Origin: Terriglobia bacterium
Lineage (GTDB): Bacteria; Acidobacteriota; Terriglobia; 20CM-2-55-15
DNA length: 64,000 bases
Assembly: GCA_965198225.1 (NCBI GenBank)
Contig: CBDAOY010000007.1
Location: 896,001-960,000 of the forward strand
Reading direction: 5' to 3'
The translations under genes were made by a program, and so were the position numbers. The notes under the pieces are model-generated. The model had not been told where the DNA came from. It searched no databases and saw only the letters and a program-made list of their open reading frames with translations. The stretch's first letter is position 1; each line of letters starts with the position of its first letter. Of this stretch, positions 57,267 to 64,000 are shown piece by piece.

Positions 57267-59217
57267 GACATTCTACATCACGACCCCGCTGTACTACGTC
57301 AACGCGGCGCCGCACCTGGGCGGCACCTACACGACGATCGTGGCCGACACGATCGCACAGTACAAGCGCATGATGGGGTTCGATGTGAAGTTTTTCACCG
57401 GGACGGACGAGCACGGTCAGAAGATCCAGCGTTCCGCCAGGGAGCAGGGCATCGAGCCGGCGGAACTGGTGGATCGCGTCTACAAGCAGTACGACGAACT
57501 CTGGAAGAGTATCGACATCTCTTTCGATGAGTCGATCCGGACGACCGACCCGCGACATCGCGCAGCCGTGCACGAAATCTACCGGCGTGTGAAGGCGAAT
57601 GGGTTCATCTACAAGGGGGACTATGCCGGTTGGTACTGCGTCAACTGCGAAGCCTACGCTCCGGAAACCGATCCGGAAACTCCTGCGGCGTGCCCCGATT
57701 GCGGCCGGCAGACCGAGTGGTTCTCCGAAGACAGCTACTTCTTCAAGCTGTCCGAGTTCGGGGACCGCCTGTTGGAATACTACGAGAAGAACCCGCTTTT
57801 CATCCGGCCCGAAACGCGTCGAAACGAGATCACATCCTTCGTCAAGGGAGGGCTGCGGGACCTTTCGATCAGTCGCGCGACCCTGAAGTGGGGAGTCCCG
57901 TTGCCGGATGACCCCGAGCACGTCTTCTACGTGTGGTTCGACGCTTTGACCGGCTACATGAGCGGGATCGGCTACCAGTCCAAAGAAGACAAGTACCAGA
58001 AATACTGGCCCGCGAACATCCACCTCGTCGGCAAGGACATTCTCAGGTTCCACGCCGTTTACTGGCCCGCGTTCCTGCTGGCTGCGGACCTGCCGGTGCC
58101 CGGCACGATATTCGGTCACGGGTGGTGGCTCTTCAAGGACGAAAAGATGTCTAAATCACGAGGCAACGTGTTGGATCCTTCGCTGCTTCGGGACGTGTTC
58201 GGCATCGAACTGCTGCGCTATTTCCTGTTGAGGGAGATGGTCTTCGGACAGGATTGCAACTTCAGCTTTGACGCGATCATCCAGCGCGCGAACAGCGACC
58301 TCGCCAACGATCTCGGCAACCTGTTGAGCCGGACCGTGGCGATGGTCTCGAAGTATCGGGATGGTGTCGTTCCCGCTCCAGGGGAGGCAAAGGGCGATGC
58401 CGGGGTGCAGGAGCTTGCGGCCCGTGTCGTGTCGGACTTCAGGAAGAACTTCGACGATTACAGCCTGTCGCGCGGGTTGGAGAACATCTGGGAACTAGTC
58501 GGCCGAGTGAACAAATACATCGTGGAGAACGAGCCGTGGGCGATCGCCAAGGATCCTTCGAAGGCCGGCACCCTCGACAGTGTGCTGTTCCATTCGGCGG
58601 AATCGCTGCGCATCGTCGCGGTCCTGCTCGCCCCGACGATGCCAAAGGCTTCGCAGACGATCTGGGGTCAGCTGGGGCTCGAAGGAGAGGTCGCCGCGGT
58701 TCGTCTGGACCAACTCGCATGGAGCGATACGCTCGCCGGCCGGAAGCTCGTGGGAGGACCCGCCCTTTTCCCGCGCGTCGACAAGAAGGCGATCTACGCG
58801 AAGCTGGAGTCGGGTGCCAGTGGTCAGGACGGCCACGATGCTCCGGACGGAGCGGAACCGGCCGCCGACGGACCACCCCCGCTGGCTCCGACGATCGCGA
58901 TCGAGGATTTCGTCAAGCTGGACCTGCGCGTCGGGACCGTCGTGGAGGCGGAACGAGTCAAAAAAGCCGACAAGCTACTGCGTCTGGTGGTCGACCTGGG
59001 ATTTGAGAAACGCCAGGTCGTGGCGGGCATCGCCAAGGTCTACGAACCGGAGAAGCTGATCGGCCGCCAGGTCGTCGTCGTCGCCAACCTGAAAGCCCGA
59101 AAGCTGCGCGGCCTGGAGTCGAACGGCATGATCGTCGCCGCCTCCGTCGGTCCGGACGACCGACCGGTGCTGGTCGGTTTCCACGAAGAGGTGTCCGACG
59201 GAGCGAGGCTCAAGTAG
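57259..59217 (+). CDS. metG: Methionine--tRNA ligase with C-terminal tRNA-binding domain
   Basis: ITTPLYYVN, GTDEHG, YVWFDAL, KMSKS and C-terminal OB domain. Confidence 0.96.
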   Translation: MSETFYITTPLYYVNAAPHLGGTYTTIVADTIAQYKRMMGFDVKFFTGTDEHGQKIQRSAREQGIEPAELVDRVYKQYDELWKSIDISFDESIRTTDPRHRAAVHEIYRRVKANGFIYKGDYAGWYCVNCEAYAPETDPETPAACPDCGRQTEWFSEDSYFFKLSEFGDRLLEYYEKNPLFIRPETRRNEITSFVKGGLRDLSISRATLKWGVPLPDDPEHVFYVWFDALTGYMSGIGYQSKEDKYQKYWPANIHLVGKDILRFHAVYWPAFLLAADLPVPGTIFGHGWWLFKDEKMSKSRGNVLDPSLLRDVFGIELLRYFLLREMVFGQDCNFSFDAIIQRANSDLANDLGNLLSRTVAMVSKYRDGVVPAPGEAKGDAGVQELAARVVSDFRKNFDDYSLSRGLENIWELVGRVNKYIVENEPWAIAKDPSKAGTLDSVLFHSAESLRIVAVLLAPTMPKASQTIWGQLGLEGEVAAVRLDQLAWSDTLAGRKLVGGPALFPRVDKKAIYAKLESGASGQDGHDAPDGAEPAADGPPPLAPTIAIEDFVKLDLRVGTVVEAERVKKADKLLRLVVDLGFEKRQVVAGIAKVYEPEKLIGRQVVVVANLKARKLRGLESNGMIVAASVGPDDRPVLVGFHEEVSDGARLK

Positions 59218-59235
59218 GCCGTCCGAATCGGATGT

Positions 59236-60003
59236 ATGTTGATCGATTCCCACGCCCACCTGGACGACCCCCGCTTCGACGAGGACCGGGATGCAGTCAT
59301 CGAGCGGGCGTGGACCGCCGGCGTGCGTAAGATCCTGACGATCGGCAACGGCAAGGGGCCCGACGACATGGGCTGCGGCATCCCGCTCGCCGAATCCCAC
59401 GAATGGATCCACGCCACCGTCGGGATACATCCCCATGACGCGGCCAGGGCCGAGCCGGGCCATCTGCCGTTGATGGAGAAACTGGCCGGGGGAGCCCGTG
59501 TCGTCGCCATCGGCGAGACGGGTCTCGACTACTACTACGACAACTCTCCCCGGGAGGTTCAACGGCAAGTGTTTCGGTCCCAGCTCCAACTCGCGAAGCG
59601 GATCAACCTGCCGGTCATCATCCACACTCGCGACGCCGACGAGGACACCATCCAGATTCTTACCGAAGAGGCTCCCGATCGCGGTGTGGTCCATTGTTTT
59701 ACCGGTGGGGTCGAGCTGGCGGATTGTAGCCTCGAGCTTGGCTTGTCGATCTCCTTCTCGGGTATCGTGACCTTCAGGGGTGCGGACTCACTCCGAACGA
59801 TCGCCGGGCGCGTTCCCCGCGAACGAATCCTGATCGAAACGGACTGTCCCTATCTTGCTCCCATACCGCATCGCGGCAGACGCAACGAGCCCGCTTTCGT
59901 GGCGGACACGGCTGCCGTCCTGGCCGATATCCGCGGTGTGACCCTCGACGAACTGGCTGCGGACACGAGCCGGAACTTCCTTGACTTGTTCGAGATAGCC
60001 TGA
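59236..60003 (+). CDS. tatD: TatD family DNase
   Basis: DSHAH, GIHPH, GETGLDY, IHTR, HCF and ETDCPYL motifs. Confidence 0.95.
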   Translation: MLIDSHAHLDDPRFDEDRDAVIERAWTAGVRKILTIGNGKGPDDMGCGIPLAESHEWIHATVGIHPHDAARAEPGHLPLMEKLAGGARVVAIGETGLDYYYDNSPREVQRQVFRSQLQLAKRINLPVIIHTRDADEDTIQILTEEAPDRGVVHCFTGGVELADCSLELGLSISFSGIVTFRGADSLRTIAGRVPRERILIETDCPYLAPIPHRGRRNEPAFVADTAAVLADIRGVTLDELAADTSRNFLDLFEIA

Positions 60004-60050
60004 ATCCGGTTGAGCGAACGCCTTTCTTATGAAACCGAACCTGTCGTACA

Positions 60051-61046
60051 ATGCCTGAAGTGAAGACGCTCCCCACACAGCAGGAGATCCACGGCCTGGT
60101 GGCCGCGGATCTCGAGAAGGTCGAGGAGGAGTTGCGTTCCTACGCCGAGTCCCCGGTCGAGCCGATCGCGGAAATCGGACGGTACCTGATCGAAGCCGGC
60201 GGCAAGCGTCTCCGACCAACGCTGTTGCTGCTGACGGCCCGCTCCCTGGGCGAAGTGTCGGATGCCACGATTCGCCTGGCCGCCGTGATGGAACTCATCC
60301 ACAACGCGACACTCATCCACGACGATGTGATCGATGATGCCGATACCCGCCGGGGCCGTCCCTCGGCCAACTCCAACTGGGGCAACCCGATGACCGTTCT
60401 TGCAGGAGACTGGCTCTACATGCAGTCGTTCGCGATGGCCCTGCGGGAGCGGAGTTTCGACGTCCTGAACACGCTCATCGAGATCACGCAGAAGATGGTC
60501 GAAGGAGAGTTGCTTCAGCTGACGCTGCTGGGCCGGACCGATGTCGAGGAGCAACAGCTGCTGGAGATTGCCCGCTGCAAGACTGCTTACCTGTTCGCCG
60601 GCTGTACGAGTATTCCCGGTGTTCTCGCCGGCCTCGATGACCGAGAGGTTCAAAAGCTTTCCGACCTCGGCATGAACCTCGGTATGGCGTTCCAACTCGT
60701 CGACGACCTGCTGGACCTGACGTCCACCCGGGAGTTGACCGGCAAACCCGTTGCCAACGACCTCAAGGAAGGTAAGGTAACGCTTCCTGTCTACTACGTC
60801 CTGAAACGGCGGTTGCCGGAGTACGACGATCAGATCGAGACGGTGTTGAAAGAGCAGGGGTTTGAGTCTGTGTCCTCGGACGAGATTCTAAGCCTCGTCC
60901 AAGAAGTTGACGGAGTTCGACGCACACGCACTGTGGCGGGTGACTTTGCCCGCAAGGCCGTCGCCGAACTGGAAACTTTCCCCCCATCCGTGTTCAAAGA
61001 CGCGATCGTCAGCATTCCGGAGTTCATACTCAACCGTCAGGCGTAA
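60051..61046 (+). CDS. Polyprenyl diphosphate synthase (IspB/HepT-like)
   Basis: GGKRLRP, HDDVID...RRG and FQLVDDLLD motifs. Confidence 0.93.
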   Translation: MPEVKTLPTQQEIHGLVAADLEKVEEELRSYAESPVEPIAEIGRYLIEAGGKRLRPTLLLLTARSLGEVSDATIRLAAVMELIHNATLIHDDVIDDADTRRGRPSANSNWGNPMTVLAGDWLYMQSFAMALRERSFDVLNTLIEITQKMVEGELLQLTLLGRTDVEEQQLLEIARCKTAYLFAGCTSIPGVLAGLDDREVQKLSDLGMNLGMAFQLVDDLLDLTSTRELTGKPVANDLKEGKVTLPVYYVLKRRLPEYDDQIETVLKEQGFESVSSDEILSLVQEVDGVRRTRTVAGDFARKAVAELETFPPSVFKDAIVSIPEFILNRQA

Positions 61047-61157
61047 GACAAGAAGGGGAGTGATCAGTTTGCTCGCCTTTGAGGGTTTGCTGTCCTAAAA
61101 CAGTTGGAAGAGACCCTTCCATGACGGGTCCCGGGACAACGAGACTTCAGGATCGGG

Positions 61158-61225
61158 TGTAGGTGCGCTCTATGAGCGCACATCGTTTCGGCTCGAAGAA
61201 TGTGCGGTCATAGACCGCACCTACA
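61158..61225. repeat. Inverted pair of GTAG-type REPs
   Basis: TGTAGGTGCGCTCTATGAGCGCACA ... TGTGCGGTCATAGACCGCACCTACA between convergent genes. Confidence 0.87.
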
Positions 61226-61252
61226 CCTCCGTTAGGACAGGGCCGACACGCA

Positions 61253-62056
61253 TCAGGTCTTCTGCAGGAATTCTCCAACGACGTGGTTGAAAGCTGCCGG
61301 GTTTTCGAGGTTGCTCAGGTGTCCCGCATCGGGGATTTCTGCGTAGCGGGCCCCGGTGATCGCGTCAGCCATCTTCCTGGATTCTTCGACCGTCGTGACG
61401 ACGTCCTCCCGCCCGACGATAACGAGTACGGGACAGGTGATTTCTGCTAGCAATGAGGTGGAGTCGGGGCGGTCTCGCATTGCGCGCAGTGCCTGGCCCA
61501 CCGCGTCGGGTCTGGCGCCGGCGATCTTCGGCTCGATGAGTGCCCGGACTCCAGGATCTGCCTTTTCCCGTAGCAGGCGCGGCATCATCGCTTCCACGAG
61601 ACTTTCGGTCCCGCGGCGGTCGACGGCCTCGGCGAGTCGAGTGCGCGCGTTCTGTTCGTCCGGGTTGTCGGCCCGTGCGCGGGTATCGGCGAGGATCAGC
61701 CGTTGGACCATCCTGGGCCTCTTCCTCAAAAGTTCGAAGGCGAGATAACCGCCCATCGACAGACCGGCGAGCGCGATAGTGGAGACATCCAGCGTGTCCA
61801 GCAGGCCGAGGACGTCGTCGGCCGCGTTGCCGAGGGTCCATTCGTGGTCGAAGGAGGGGGATTTGCCGAAGCCGCGTACGTCCGGCGCGAGGACGCGGCA
61901 GTTCTCGGAGAGCGCATCGATTTGAGGCGCCCACATCGTGTGATCCAGGGGGAACGCGTGCAGCAGAAGAACTACCGGCCCGGTCCCGACATCGCTGTAG
62001 TGGAGTGGGGAACTTGGGGCGGGAGACCGAGGCCCGGAATGGATACGATCAGACAT
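61253..62056 (-). CDS. Alpha/beta hydrolase (enol-lactonase-like)
   Basis: LLHAFPLD, GLSMGG and AGHLSNLENP. The likely start is MSDRIHS; the track ORF's upstream extension overlaps the selenoprotein. Confidence 0.9.
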   Translation of the reverse strand: MSDRIHSGPRSPAPSSPLHYSDVGTGPVVLLLHAFPLDHTMWAPQIDALSENCRVLAPDVRGFGKSPSFDHEWTLGNAADDVLGLLDTLDVSTIALAGLSMGGYLAFELLRKRPRMVQRLILADTRARADNPDEQNARTRLAEAVDRRGTESLVEAMMPRLLREKADPGVRALIEPKIAGARPDAVGQALRAMRDRPDSTSLLAEITCPVLVIVGREDVVTTVEESRKMADAITGARYAEIPDAGHLSNLENPAAFNHVVGEFLQKT

Positions 62057-62126
62057 CTTTTTCCCGGCCTGAACTCGCTCTTCCTCGGCGACTCGGAACG
62101 GGCCGCTAGTGACCTGTTGCAGGCCG

Positions 62127-62558
62127 CTAGAACGTGGAGGTGCCGGAATAGACCGATGAGATGTAGCTCTTGATCTGCTCCAGGGTACTGCCTTGGTCGT
62201 GCAACCTTCTCGCGTCCAGCGAGATATCCTGGCAGAGCACTCAGCCGGCGGCGTGGCTGTCGATGTAGCAGAAGAGGTTGTTGTCGTGACCCTCCGTCTG
62301 GTCACAACCGCAGTAGCAGGGCAGCTCGGCCAGCACTTCTGGAATGTCCCGAGCGGCCACGTAAGCCTGCCGTGTCTTTCCCTGGAAGAGGTCCGGTGAG
62401 AGCGTAGCGATATCCATCGATGCTCCGGCGCCGCCCGTGCCGGCACCGCTGTCGGAACGGATGGAATACCAGCTCATGACTCCGAGCAAAATGGCCACAC
62501 CGAGCAGTAGCAATGTCTGGTAGCCGGGACTGCCTTTATTCGTCTTCTTCTTGTTCAA
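62127..62558 (-). CDS. PCYCGC-motif protein with in-frame UGA (predicted selenocysteine, UxxC)
   Basis: LPCYCGC...HAAG-TGA(62243-62241)-VLCQDISLDARRLHDQGSTLEQIKSYISSVYSGTSTF*, with a hairpin downstream of the UGA. Confidence 0.8.
62208..62224 (-). promoter_or_regulatory. Candidate bacterial SECIS hairpin
   Basis: TCTCGC-TGGAC-GCGAGA begins 16 nt after the UGA, with G at the second loop position. Confidence 0.6.
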
Positions 62559-63055
62559 CTTTCGGAACTCCAGGTTAGGGATGAGATCACCGTCTTGAGT
62601 GCAAACAGTATTGTACCCTTTTCTTCTTCGCTGAGTTCCAGGCCTGCCTCGTTCATTTCGGCGATGACGAAGCCCAGCAGGTGCAGTTGGCCGTCACGGC
62701 CCGAGACCGACGATCGGTCGATGTCGGCCCCGTCGAGGCCGTTCATCTCCTGGATCCACTCGCGGCTTTCGCCGCAGGCCGACGTTATCGTCTGCGCATC
62801 GACCCGCTCGGGGGCCCGGCTGCGGCCTTCCTCGACGGCCTTGTACACCATGTAGGCCATGAACAGTGCCAGCTCCCGGGCCTGCTGGCCGCTCTCTGAC
62901 GTCAGATCCGTGACGAAATCGCAGATTTCAGGCTGTTTCGAAAAGAACGCCTCGAACTCTCCGTCCAGGACATCGTCGGGGAACTCGGCAACCCTCTGCC
63001 GGACGCGGTCGATGGTCTCCGGCCCGATCACCTCGACTGGTTCTGTCTGGCCCAC
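62555..63055 (-). CDS. Acidic hypothetical protein
   Basis: Helical acidic ORF overlapping both neighbours in a same-strand operon. Confidence 0.65.
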   Translation of the reverse strand: MGQTEPVEVIGPETIDRVRQRVAEFPDDVLDGEFEAFFSKQPEICDFVTDLTSESGQQARELALFMAYMVYKAVEEGRSRAPERVDAQTITSACGESREWIQEMNGLDGADIDRSSVSGRDGQLHLLGFVIAEMNEAGLELSEEEKGTILFALKTVISSLTWSSES

Positions 63056-63882
63056 AGAATAGCTCCTCTCTCCGGTGAGTCTAGCGGGGATTCGAACGGG
63101 ATCGCGATCAACTCCTGCATCAGCGGGTGCGATGCGACGTCGCCGGTCGCCGAGGTGAGCGGCGTATCGGCGTCGATGAGGGCCACGGAACGCTGCGTCA
63201 GGACCCGAAGATGCTCCGCCGCATCATGAAGGATTCTCCGGGCTGGTTCCATCGGATAGTCGTCAGCGAGGACGGAGAAGAGCGAGGCAACACGGGCTAC
63301 GGTGAGGGCCCCCGAAGCCCATTCCGTGACCGCGGCTTCGACCGACGCGAGCCCGAGAGAGTCCTTGACGCGGTCTCGGAATCTGCGGTTTGTCTTGAAG
63401 TCCCGGCTTCGAAGCGCGGTACGGATGGCCTCCCTGCCGATCCAGAATCCACCGCCGTCGTCCCCGAACTGGGGTCCCCAGCCCCCGCAACGGAATATCC
63501 GACCGTCGGCCCGACGCCCGATGACGATCGATCCGGTGTCGGCGATCAGCAGTAGCCCCGGTCGGATTCCGATCGCCCCGACGTAGGCGACGAAGGCATC
63601 GCTTTCGGTGATGATGCGAGAGTCCGGTAGGGCGCGCCGGAGCGTGTCCTCGTAATGCCGGAGGCCCTCCCGGCGCCCCGCCCCGGCAAACCCTCCGCAA
63701 ACTACGTCGGGCTGTTGAGGCAGACTCTGGATTCCCTCCTGAATTGCCCGGGTGGAGGCTTCGTGGCCGACGGACACATAGTTTGACGGTCCCGTCTGTT
63801 CGCGGGCCACCTCGCGGTCGTTCTCGTCGACCAGCAGGAATGTGGTCGTGCTACCGCCGCCGTCGATTCCGAGAATAGTCAT
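63028..63882 (-). CDS. BadF/BadG/BcrA/BcrD ATPase family protein (N-acetylglucosamine/muramic acid kinase-like)
   Basis: LGIDGGGSTT, GPSN, GFAG, GGWG...GDDGGGFWIG motifs. Confidence 0.88.
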   Translation of the reverse strand: MTILGIDGGGSTTTFLLVDENDREVAREQTGPSNYVSVGHEASTRAIQEGIQSLPQQPDVVCGGFAGAGRREGLRHYEDTLRRALPDSRIITESDAFVAYVGAIGIRPGLLLIADTGSIVIGRRADGRIFRCGGWGPQFGDDGGGFWIGREAIRTALRSRDFKTNRRFRDRVKDSLGLASVEAAVTEWASGALTVARVASLFSVLADDYPMEPARRILHDAAEHLRVLTQRSVALIDADTPLTSATGDVASHPLMQELIAIPFESPLDSPERGAILWARQNQSR

Positions 63883-63892
63883 GGAGAGGACT

Positions 63893-63981
63893 CAGTAGTC
63901 AGTAGCCAGTAGTCGGTAGTCAGTTACCGGAAGCGTCTTGGTCTTTTAGCTGACTGCTACTGACTACTGATTACTGACTAC
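63893..63981. repeat. Heptamer tandem repeats (CAGTAGT / ACTACTG) arranged as an inverted pair
   Basis: cagtagtcagtagccagtagtcggtagtcag ... ctgactgctactgactactgattactgactact. Confidence 0.8.
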
Positions 63982-64000
63982 TTCCTACGGTCTCCCCCAC

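Noticed and set aside
2754-59694. Many long antisense ORFs (e.g. 2754-3737, 15344-16786, 33359-34342, 34455-35759, 54127-55029, 55899-56942)
   Set aside because: These are shadow frames opposite well-supported genes, as expected in GC-rich DNA.
63530-63550. IADTGS instead of IAGTGS in the BadF-family kinase
   Set aside because: A single substitution that cannot be told apart from natural variation or error.
1-64000. tRNA, rRNA, CRISPR array, prophage genes
   Set aside because: None recognised by eye. tRNAscan-SE and Infernal would be needed to exclude small RNAs.

Overview
GC-rich bacterial window, probably Acidobacteriota (inferred from TolB/PD40-fused Ser/Thr kinases, an ADOP-type permease remnant and an integrase+IS91 unit). 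It has four zones. (1) 1-21.2 kb is a scrambled accessory region: a decayed reverse-orientation integron (intI 3' fragment, attI-like site, two VOC cassettes with attC sites), IS6, two IS21 elements, IS91 scraps, a frameshifted secreted caspase-domain protein with a duplicated unknown domain, and many gene fragments. Four copies of an unannotated ~103-bp hairpin element sit at the junctions between these fragments. (2) 21.5-39.2 kb holds intact signalling and metabolic genes (CHASE2 kinase/sigma54 regulator/FecR module, ALDH, S9 peptidase, Ser/Thr kinase) with GTAG-type REPs. (3) 39.2-50.4 kb is a second accessory patch: a truncated IS91, and an IS110/IS1111-type element with a long 3' non-coding end inserted next to an integrase+IS91 unit. 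(4) 50.6-64 kb is housekeeping (argS, larC, metG, tatD, polyprenyl synthase) and includes a PCYCGC-motif gene that appears to read through UGA as selenocysteine (UxxC plus a SECIS-like hairpin). Best leads: the 103-bp junction element, the selenoprotein, the hidden integron, and the IS110/integrase-IS91 nest. All calls come from reading motifs by eye; no database searches were run.
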